Of a stretch of DNA of 11,619 nucleotides, positions 1 to 6,453 are shown piece after piece; position 1 is the stretch's first letter, and the number at the start of each line of letters is the position of its first letter. The notes beneath the pieces were generated by a model, which was not told the DNA's origin, did no database searches, and was given only the letters and a program-made list of their open reading frames with translations. The position numbers and the translations under genes are program-made. The DNA comes from Candidatus Hermodarchaeota archaeon. GTDB lineage: Archaea; Asgardarchaeota; Hermodarchaeia; Hermodarchaeales; Hermodarchaeaceae. Where the stretch lies: assembly GCA_016839365.1 (NCBI GenBank), contig JAEOUH010000056.1, forward strand, positions 1-11,619, given 5' to 3'.

Positions 1-1
1 C

Positions 2-1435
2 CCCATCACGGTAACGATGCAAAAGGCGACCATCTTTGAACATTTCTGTGAATATGAATTGAGCGGCTTGAGTGGCAGCATCGATGAACTGTGGCTCATT
101 AAGAACGCGTCCAGCCTTCGCCAGTGCTGCAATCATCAAACCATTCCAGTCCACGAGAATCTTGTCATCCTTATGTGGATGAATCCGTTCTTCACGAATC
201 GCGAACAGTTTCTGCTGGGCTCCCTCCAACAGCTTTGTTAACGCCGCTTCGCTCATCTTTAGGGTTTTAGCTTCCTCGGATAATGGACCTTGCAGATGAG
301 GGATATTGGTACCCATCCGTTTTCCCGTCGCTTCTTCCAAGAAATTGCCTTCCGGTTCAAAGTTATACACATTCAGGAACACATCGGCTTCTTTCTTCGT
401 TAAGCTATCGCGGACTTCTTGTTCTGACCAGACGTAGAACTTCCCTTCTTCCCCTTCACTATCAGCATCCTCAGCAGAATAGAACCCGCCATCCGGACTA
501 GTCATGTCTCGGAGAACATAAGTGAGAATCTCTCGGACAGTGTGGGCATACTCAACCTTGCGAGTTGCCTGATATGCTTCCACATAGGCAATGGTCAACA
601 TCGCTTGATCATAGAGCATCTTCTCAAAGTGTGGTACTAGCCACTTAGGGTCGGTCGAGTAGCGATGAAATCCAAGTCCCACATGATCAAAGATGCCGCC
701 ACGCCGCATGGTCTTTAGGGTCGTTTCCGCCATCCGAAGGGCTTCATCATTCTGTGAGCGTTTCCAATATCTAAGTAAGAAGAGCAGGTTATGGGGTGAG
801 GGGAATTTTGGACGAAACCCAAAGCCACCATATTGATCATCAAATTGTTCCTGTAAGCGGTCGTAGGCTATTTCCAATATGCCTTCATCTAATTCCACAC
901 CTGAGGAAGCAATAGCTAAGGTTTCAAGGTTTTCATGAATGTTCTTTGAAATCGTGTCAAGGCGTTTTCGGTCATGAATCCATAAACGTTGAATTTCTGG
1001 GATAAGTTCATCCATCCCAATTCTCCCGAATCGTGATTCTGGAGGAATGTAGGTCGCCGCGAAAAAGGGGGTCTTATCCGAGTGCATAATAATTGTTAGG
1101 GGCCAGCCACCGCTACCTGTCATCATTTGCGCAACAGACATGTATAACGAATCGATATCTGGGCGCTCCTCTCGATCTACTTTGATATTGATAAACGTAT
1201 CATTCATCAACTTGGCAATCCGTGGATTCTCAAAGGATTCTCGTTCCATCACGTGGCACCAATGACAAGTGCTATACCCAATGGAAAGGAAGATGGGCTT
1301 GTCCTCCTCCTTAGATTTACTAAAAGCCTGGTTCCCCCAGGGATGCCAATCTACAGGATTATTGGCATGCTGCAGAAGGTATGGGCTTTTCTCGTGAATA
1401 AGCTGGTTTGTATGCTTCTCAGTCTTCTTGTTCAT
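2..1435 (-). CDS. Thioredoxin domain-containing protein, YyaL/SPATA20 (DUF255 + alpha/alpha toroid) family; 3' end runs off the window
   Basis: Manual translation from ATG at 1435: [34 protein letters not shown]...[24 protein letters not shown]...[11 protein letters not shown]...GGWPLT, then [42 protein letters not shown] and [13 protein letters not shown]. These are the hallmark motifs of the family. Missing from the ORF track because no stop lies within the window. Confidence 0.96.
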   Translation of the reverse strand, partial: MNKKTEKHTNQLIHEKSPYLLQHANNPVDWHPWGNQAFSKSKEEDKPIFLSIGYSTCHWCHVMERESFENPRIAKLMNDTFINIKVDREERPDIDSLYMSVAQMMTGSGGWPLTIIMHSDKTPFFAATYIPPESRFGRIGMDELIPEIQRLWIHDRKRLDTISKNIHENLETLAIASSGVELDEGILEIAYDRLQEQFDDQYGGFGFRPKFPSPHNLLFLLRYWKRSQNDEALRMAETTLKTMRRGGIFDHVGLGFHRYSTDPKWLVPHFEKMLYDQAMLTIAYVEAYQATRKVEYAHTVREILTYVLRDMTSPDGGFYSAEDADSEGEEGKFYVWSEQEVRDSLTKKEADVFLNVYNFEPEGNFLEEATGKRMGTNIPHLQGPLSEEAKTLKMSEAALTKLLEGAQQKLFAIREERIHPHKDDKILVDWNGLMIAALAKAGRVLNEPQFIDAATQAAQFIFTEMFKDGRLLHRYRDG

Positions 1436-1527
1436 AAACTCAATTCCGGAGAAGAAGTTGTTGTGTTCGTTTTTTTATACTACTTTTTTACCAATCAATA
1501 CCCCAATCTGAAGATGTGGTGGTTTCG

Positions 1528-1731
1528 ATGAGTGAAGCCCTGCAACTCGCAAAACATAATGTCAATGGAAAAGTTATCATTACAAAGGAGTTCCCTTCTA
1601 TTCTCCTTATTGTCGACACAGGAACGTTACGAGATCTTGGTATAGCCTTGAACATGCTTCACAAGCCTGGTTATTTTGTTAAGACTGGATGGCGGTATGG
1701 GCATGAAGCGGTAGTAGTAATGGAAAGGTGA
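1528..1731 (+). CDS. Small hypothetical protein (67 aa), possibly DUF4177-like
   Basis: The GTGGTGG SD-like motif favours ATG 1528 over the track's GTG 1516. The C-terminal pattern LNMLHKPGYFV...AVVVMER resembles the LN.L...GW.(L/V)...(F/M).R pattern of DUF4177 proteins (recalled, not searched). Confidence 0.55.
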   Translation: MSEALQLAKHNVNGKVIITKEFPSILLIVDTGTLRDLGIALNMLHKPGYFVKTGWRYGHEAVVVMER

Positions 1732-1767
1732 GCGTGCAACGAGAAATCGTAACAATCACAAATTCTT

Positions 1768-2178
1768 ATGAATCGCCATTGCTATTTTATACACTGTGAT
1801 ATTATGCCCGAAGAAGTAAAAGGCCATGTAGTCGAGAACCTAGTGCATTGTGCAGTATGTCTGACCGCTTATAATCTGGTCTCTGATCTGAATATCAAAC
1901 TCTCATGTATTCAACGCATTAACAAAGAATACAATACTCTTGTCAACAAACTGGAATCAGAGAATATCACCCTTCGCGATTTAGAGATAGCTGGACCTGT
2001 GGCAAAAGAGAAGGTTGCAGTTGAAATTCGTCGTGATGATTTTGGGTTGGACGATGAATCAGCTGAAAAACTTGAGAAATCCGCTCCTTCAAGGGTTGAT
2101 CAGATCATCAATTTCCTGAAACAGAAACGTAACCTCGAAATTAGCGCATCATTATCTTTCAAAGAACCAGTTGGCTAG
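1768..2178 (+). CDS. Hypothetical protein with a CxxC motif and a probable coiled-coil segment; start uncertain (1768, 1804, or 1734 via frameshift)
   Basis: 136-codon ORF with protein-like charged composition, HCAVC motif and heptad-like IQRINKEYNTLVNKLESENITL. ATG 1804 is preceded by GTGAT (SD-like). Confidence 0.65.
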   Translation: MNRHCYFIHCDIMPEEVKGHVVENLVHCAVCLTAYNLVSDLNIKLSCIQRINKEYNTLVNKLESENITLRDLEIAGPVAKEKVAVEIRRDDFGLDDESAEKLEKSAPSRVDQIINFLKQKRNLEISASLSFKEPVG

Positions 2179-2190
2179 TTTTCGACTAGC
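2174..2190 (+). terminator. Short hairpin over the stop codon of the 1768-2178 ORF, possible terminator between convergent genes
   Basis: GCTAGT-TTTCG-ACTAGC is a 6-bp perfect stem. A second inverted repeat, CAACCAA-CC-TTGGTTG, lies at 2244-2259 just after the opposing gene's stop. Confidence 0.25.
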
Positions 2191-2267
2191 AGGGCTGTTG
2201 ATGAATGGATGTAATCCTATATCCGGTCGTCTTTTCTAATATTCAACCAACCTTGGTTGGTGGGGTC

Positions 2268-3008
2268 CTAGTCTGATTTGCGTAATTTCTTTGAAATATC
2301 TTCAAGGATAACTTTGATGTCGCGTAATGTCATAAGGATTTCATCATCCAGTGAATCGGGGAGTTTCGGAATATCGTGGTCCCATGTTGTTCCTGGTTCT
2401 GTGCCGGTTGTATAGGGGGACCGGAATTTTCGTATTTCTTGGAGAATGAAATCACGGACTTCCTCATAGAATTCAATACCTTCAAGTTTCTCTTCCGGTT
2501 CTTTCTTTTCGCCAGAAAAGCCTGCAGTTTCGATACTTACTGATCCGATTCCAAAAAGGCGGTCTAGTGGTCCTGACTGGGTGCTGATGTTTGTGATTGT
2601 GCGAAATGGCACATGTTTTCGAGTCAAATTAAAAATACCTTTCTTAACATAGACTTCGGGCATAGATTCTCCTGATTCTGAAATGATCGAGTATTCAATG
2701 CTGCGAACATATGCTCGTGTAATTATCATTCCTGGAATAAGCCATGATAAATTGAATGCCCACATCACGATGGTGATTGGCAGCCACCAGATTGCTATGT
2801 TCATCCATAGTAGGTCTGGATCAGCAAATCCGATTAGCGATACACCAAACCAAATCAATAATGCAACTATCCAAAAGAAGACGGCTCCAATCCATAAATC
2901 GAAAATACTTTTCGTCAGGTATGCTCGTGAGGGTTTGAATAGTCGACCGTGTGAGATTCTCTCTCCAGGCGGACGAATAACGCGACTCTCTTCTCTTTCT
3001 CTTGTCAT
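2268..3008 (-). CDS. Membrane-flanked PH-domain protein (bPH_2/DUF304, YdbS-like)
   Basis: Two N-terminal hydrophobic helices followed by the bPH_2 signature VYVKKGIFNLTRKHVPFRTITNISTQSGPLDRLFGIGSVSIETAG. Starts 6 nt after the upstream regulator's stop, suggesting an operon. Confidence 0.9.
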   Translation of the reverse strand: MTREREESRVIRPPGERISHGRLFKPSRAYLTKSIFDLWIGAVFFWIVALLIWFGVSLIGFADPDLLWMNIAIWWLPITIVMWAFNLSWLIPGMIITRAYVRSIEYSIISESGESMPEVYVKKGIFNLTRKHVPFRTITNISTQSGPLDRLFGIGSVSIETAGFSGEKKEPEEKLEGIEFYEEVRDFILQEIRKFRSPYTTGTEPGTTWDHDIPKLPDSLDDEILMTLRDIKVILEDISKKLRKSD

Positions 3009-3014
3009 TTTTTT

Positions 3015-3506
3015 TCAACTCCGGTGATAACGAGGTATCTCTTTTGCCGCCAGCTTATTGAAAATGGCTGAAGATTGCTGGGTCATTGGTAGCACTTCTT
3101 CATCGGGTCGTAACCTGATATCATACTCATTAATGATTATGTCAAGGGTTTCACGGCATTCAGCCAATTTGGGACAGTTATGGCACAACATGCCTGCATA
3201 GGATGCGTGTTTGTACCAGACAACAATACCCAATTGGATTGTGAAAACAAGATAGACAACCGTGTTAGCCTGATAATCGAAACCAATTAACAGGCCGTTG
3301 TAATCTAGTAGACTTTCTACATCGAGGCGGTGGCTTTTGGCTTGTTCACGTAGGGCTTTAGCAATTTTTCCTCGTGCGCGATTTAACACGCGGGACACAT
3401 AGGCGACTGACCACTTTTTCCGTGTAGTCTTTGCGATGGCTCTGGTTGATAATCCCTGATGGAATTGTTTCCAGACAATTTCTTCGTCAGGGGATAAGAT
3501 GCCCAT
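3015..3506 (-). CDS. Archaeal HTH transcriptional regulator (sigma region-4-like N-terminal HTH) with a C-terminal Cx2Cx5C putative metal site
   Basis: N-terminal LSPDEEIVWKQFHQGLSTRAIAK...SVAYVSRVLNRARGKI has an HTH pattern. The C-terminal part contains WYKH...CHNCPKLAEC. GAGGT SD lies upstream of ATG 3506. Confidence 0.8.
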   Translation of the reverse strand: MGILSPDEEIVWKQFHQGLSTRAIAKTTRKKWSVAYVSRVLNRARGKIAKALREQAKSHRLDVESLLDYNGLLIGFDYQANTVVYLVFTIQLGIVVWYKHASYAGMLCHNCPKLAECRETLDIIINEYDIRLRPDEEVLPMTQQSSAIFNKLAAKEIPRYHRS

Positions 3507-3565
3507 CGTGATAACCTCGTCTTTTCGTTTTGTGAGAGTAAGCTGACAGTTGTGCTAATACTCAC

Positions 3566-3597
3566 ATGTTTACCAAGTATTAGTAAACATTTATAAA
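3566..3597 (-). promoter_or_regulatory. Operator O1 (25-bp dyad, 3566-3590) abutting a TATA box (TTTATAAA, 3590-3597) for the regulator-PH operon
   Basis: ATGTTTACCAA-GTA-TTAGTAAACAT is an 11-3-11 inverted repeat with one mismatch. On the minus strand it reads gctaaaa-TTTATAAA followed directly by the dyad. Confidence 0.7.
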
Positions 3598-3639
3598 TTT
3601 TAGCATTTGGACCTCTATTCCGTCAAGTTTGTAGAACGC

Positions 3640-3653
3640 TGTTCTGCAGAACA
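3640..3653. repeat. Perfect 14-bp palindrome TGTTCTGCAGAACA
   Basis: Read directly from the sequence. It lies almost exactly midway between operators O1 and O2. Confidence 0.5.
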
Positions 3654-3670
3654 ATGAACAATTTAGTTCA

Positions 3671-3723
3671 CGAAAATTTATATACCTATTTATGGTTTAA
3701 GATTACCAGATATTGGTAAACAT
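3671..3723 (+). promoter_or_regulatory. BRE-TATA promoter (CGAAAA-TTTATATA, 3671-3684) with operator O2 (3699-3723) over the expected transcription start
   Basis: Canonical archaeal BRE + TATA. AAGATTACCAG-ATA-TTGGTAAACAT matches O1 in half-site sequence and spacing (core TTACCA-N5-T(G/A)GTAA). Confidence 0.7.
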
Positions 3724-3737
3724 TTTAGTGATTGTAA

Positions 3738-3863
3738 ATGAAGAAAATGATTCACTGGATTGCATTGGTCCTTCTAATGATCATGGCAATTCATCTGAAC
3801 TCATTGTTTTCCACGGAAGGCTCTTCATTTAAGAGAACCGTTGTTTATATGCAGAAAGTGTGA
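3738..3863 (+). CDS. Unannotated 41-aa ORF with signal-peptide/single-TM character (small protein or 5' remnant of a secreted-protein gene)
   Basis: MKKMIHWIALVLLMIMAIHLNSLFSTEGSSFKRTVVYMQKV*. GTGAT SD lies 5 nt before the ATG. The ORF follows directly after the BRE-TATA/O2 promoter and has a basic n-region plus a hydrophobic h-region. Confidence 0.5.
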   Translation: MKKMIHWIALVLLMIMAIHLNSLFSTEGSSFKRTVVYMQKV

Positions 3864-3905
3864 ATACATCATCCGTGGCATTATTTGAGATGAGAGTTGA
3901 ATTTC

Positions 3906-4448
3906 ATGTCCGAATATCTTTTATTATCTGTCTATCGCCGGTATTTAGAATCCAATGGATTCGACGTCGAACAAAAAGCTACCATCCCTGGCGGGGTTGT
4001 GGATCTCTTAGCGAAGTCTGAAAACCGAATTCTTCTCGCTGAAGCCAAATGGATTCGAAGCCCTGGTGATGTCTATGAGATCGTGGGTCGGGCTGTACAA
4101 AATAAAGTTGCCATGCCCACAGGAACACCGGTTGTCGTAATTCCTATTGGAGTTGCGACTGAAGAAATTCGTGAGCGAATTTTGGGTGCCTGTTACAAGT
4201 ATGGGGTTGAAGTCCATTATGTGGATATCAACAAACGTGAAGTCTTTCCTGATTACCTAACAACTCAAGTTTATCCTGCGATTCACTCTCTCATTCAGCA
4301 GGCGCAGATCCTTCAGGGGCAAGGTCTTTCTAGACCCCAAATGATCGCTCTTCATACGGCGATCGCTGCATTTCAAATAATCAGGAATCCTCCTGAGCTC
4401 GTTGATGATGTTAATCTCGTTTTATCAAAATTAGAATCCTCAAAATAA
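3906..4448 (+). CDS. PD-(D/E)xK superfamily (restriction endonuclease-like) nuclease
   Basis: SEYLL...RRYLESNGFDV...GVVDLLAK...ILLAEAKW gives the E...D...ExK catalytic pattern in the usual helix-strand order. ATG 3906 is preferred over the track's TTG 3897. Confidence 0.75.
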   Translation: MSEYLLLSVYRRYLESNGFDVEQKATIPGGVVDLLAKSENRILLAEAKWIRSPGDVYEIVGRAVQNKVAMPTGTPVVVIPIGVATEEIRERILGACYKYGVEVHYVDINKREVFPDYLTTQVYPAIHSLIQQAQILQGQGLSRPQMIALHTAIAAFQIIRNPPELVDDVNLVLSKLESSK

Positions 4449-4453
4449 CTTGG

Positions 4454-5380
4454 CTAACCGAACGAGTATTTGGATACACGATCAGCTAGCCACTTCTTCA
4501 ATGCTTCTTGAGCTGGAATTTTCTTAATCCAGTCTAGCTCCTTATAAAATCCCTCATGACGTATTGTTACAAGCTCTTCTAGTGTTGTGGGTTTGGTTTT
4601 TGAAACGTCCTCCCCGAAAAGATGAATCGGATAGTTGTAGATATTGGGGAGTTCTTGAAGCTCTTCTGTTGGAAACATAGAGAGGATTACACCAGAGAGC
4701 GCTGCCTGGTGAACGAAGATTTCATAACGTTTGTCTTGTTGATAGAAGGTTGCGCATCGGGGTTGTTTGTATAGTTCAAAGAAGGTGTCATGCCAAATCT
4801 GAAAAAGATGATTTGTGGGACGGGTTACCAGAATGCCGGCATTGAAGTAGGGTCGAATTTCGGTGGCATCGACATGGGTTATCATGGGAAAGACTCTGTC
4901 TTGCGGCACTTGGCAGGATTCATAGATTTCGGTCCAAAACGGATCAAGCGGCTCATCAAATCGTGAACCGACTAAAGTATGGTGTACCGGTCGATATCCA
5001 AGGCTTTTGTCATCTGGTAATAAGAATTCGCTGGGTTCATTCAGGATTAACGTATTGGAATCTAACCAGACAAGTAATTCTGTGTCCCGTTCAGCCATCG
5101 ATTCCGCAAAGGCAATCGCTTGAATTGTATCAGCAAAAAAGAATGGCAGTTTGGATTCATCGATAACGAAAGACACAATCTTAGCTCCAAGTTCCGTTAA
5201 AGCTTCCTTAGTGGGTGTGGAAATTTCTTCAGAGTATTCCGGAGTAAACACCCATATGAGATTCTGGGAAAAAGCACCAGCGAAAGAACGGATACTATCC
5301 ACCAGAAGAAGGGTATTAAGTTCTGACACTTTATTGGGAAAAACCGTACTTGTAAAAATGAGTTGTTCAGGCATCATCAA
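4454..5380 (-). CDS. Glycosyltransferase family 8-like (GT-A fold) protein
   Basis: LLVDSIR near the N-terminus, LVWLDSNT (DxD position), PYFNAGILV, HQAALS (DQ..LN position) and YNYP occur in GT8 order. Confidence 0.65.
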   Translation of the reverse strand: MMMPEQLIFTSTVFPNKVSELNTLLLVDSIRSFAGAFSQNLIWVFTPEYSEEISTPTKEALTELGAKIVSFVIDESKLPFFFADTIQAIAFAESMAERDTELLVWLDSNTLILNEPSEFLLPDDKSLGYRPVHHTLVGSRFDEPLDPFWTEIYESCQVPQDRVFPMITHVDATEIRPYFNAGILVTRPTNHLFQIWHDTFFELYKQPRCATFYQQDKRYEIFVHQAALSGVILSMFPTEELQELPNIYNYPIHLFGEDVSKTKPTTLEELVTIRHEGFYKELDWIKKIPAQEALKKWLADRVSKYSFG

Positions 5381-5539
5381 ACAACCATAACCCCTTCAGC
5401 TGCTTCCCGCTATTAAATAAACCCAATACAAGGATTTTGTCAGAATCCAATTGCCTCTAAGCGATCATATGTAACAAATCGGTTCTATCAGGATATCTGG
5501 CCAGCATAGGTCTTGGGTTTTTTGAAACTATGGTTGCAG

Positions 5540-6358
5540 TCATGGAATAGTGAAGATTGTACCACTACCGTTTTCTCGGTATACCTCTTCACCAACGATA
5601 CGACGAATTGCATCCTTTGCCACCTTCTTCGTACAATGACACGGAGAGACCAGCTTCACTTGCTCTTTCTCAAACAAAGCCCCGACTTCAAAACCTTCAT
5701 CTTCCGTCTTCAAATGGAATCCGCCTATCACTGCATGAACAGGACGACCAGGAAATACCTTCTTTCCTGCTTGAAGTAGTCTACCCACCTTTGGATGAGC
5801 ACATCCTATCAGGAGTACAACACCCACACCCTCCACATTCAACACCGTGCCGTGTTCTTTGAGCTTCTTTGGACCAAGCGCTCCCGTCGTCGCTACTCTT
5901 GACCGGATCAATTGACTCTCTTCAGCGATACATCGTCGAATATTTGAACGACTCAAAGTTGATTCCAAGCCTTCGTGATGTGCAGGTAAATAGGTCACTA
6001 GATCAGTATGCCGAATGAGTTCTAATGCTGGTTGGATGGCTCCAAAATGATCGTGATGAAAATGGGTGATCACTAATGCACGAAGGTTTGAAAAATCGAG
6101 ACCCAAAGCCTGCACATTGTGGCGAAACACCTGGGCACTTCCGCTCGTATCCATAAGCAGTGCCTCAGTACGCCCTGGAAACTGAATCTCTACATGAAGG
6201 GATAGCCCCCAGACGGTACCCAAATCCGATTGTGCCGATTGGTTATCCACAATAGTAGTAACGGTAATGCCTAGAACCTCTTCGGTAACAACATCTGTGG
6301 CATCCATTGTTTCAGACGCCATTCTCATTACCCGCTGGTTTCCTATCCGCGGGTACAC
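5540..6358 (-). CDS. MBL-fold metallo-hydrolase, COG1237/MJ0301-like; true start probably downstream (6328, 6322 or 6307)
   Basis: TTIVDN, WGLS, LMDT, THFHHDH (HxHxDH), GCAHP, VIGGFHL and PCHCT are the motif set of this subfamily. Confidence 0.88.
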   Translation of the reverse strand: MYPRIGNQRVMRMASETMDATDVVTEEVLGITVTTIVDNQSAQSDLGTVWGLSLHVEIQFPGRTEALLMDTSGSAQVFRHNVQALGLDFSNLRALVITHFHHDHFGAIQPALELIRHTDLVTYLPAHHEGLESTLSRSNIRRCIAEESQLIRSRVATTGALGPKKLKEHGTVLNVEGVGVVLLIGCAHPKVGRLLQAGKKVFPGRPVHAVIGGFHLKTEDEGFEVGALFEKEQVKLVSPCHCTKKVAKDAIRRIVGEEVYRENGSGTIFTIP

Positions 6359-6395
6359 TTAATCCTTCTGCAAAACAGAGAAAGTCATTATTCGG

Positions 6396-6436
6396 AAAAA
6401 AAGAAGTAACACGAGGAGCTTGTTCGCAGCTCCTCG
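6396..6436 (-). terminator. Hairpin plus U-tract downstream of the NMO/FabK-family gene
   Basis: CGAGGAGCT (6412-6420) and AGCTCCTCG (6428-6436) form a perfect 9-bp stem with a 7-nt loop, starting 17 nt after the stop at 6454. On the minus strand it is followed by TGTTACTTC-TTTTTTT. Confidence 0.6.
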
Positions 6437-6453
6437 CAAAAATAAGTGATTTG

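Noticed and set aside
1487-1494. TTTACCAA, matching a half-site of the O1/O2 operator, in the 1436-1527 intergenic region
   Set aside because: There is no complementary half-site at the required spacing, and such a match is expected by chance in T-rich DNA.
17-1531. Plus-strand ORFs 17-241, 283-501 and 1253-1531
   Set aside because: Antisense shadows of the YyaL/SPATA20 gene, with no recognisable motifs.
2683-3565. ORFs 2683-3027 (+), 2821-3018 (-) and 3383-3565 (-)
   Set aside because: They overlap the well-supported PH and regulator genes in other frames or strands and carry no protein-family signal.
3634-3669. GAAC/GTTC motifs as a LexA (GAAC-N4-GTTC) box
   Set aside because: Spacings are N3 and N6 rather than N4, and the context looks archaeal.
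3566-3723. O1/O2 as CRISPR repeats or as terminal repeats of a MITE
   Set aside because: There are only two imperfect copies with 108 bp between them, no cas genes, and no evident target-site duplication. Their position at TATA boxes fits operators better.
5432-5448. Imperfect inverted repeat GGATTTT-GTC-AGAATCC between the MBL and GT8-like genes
   Set aside because: Short, weak and single-copy; it cannot be distinguished from chance.
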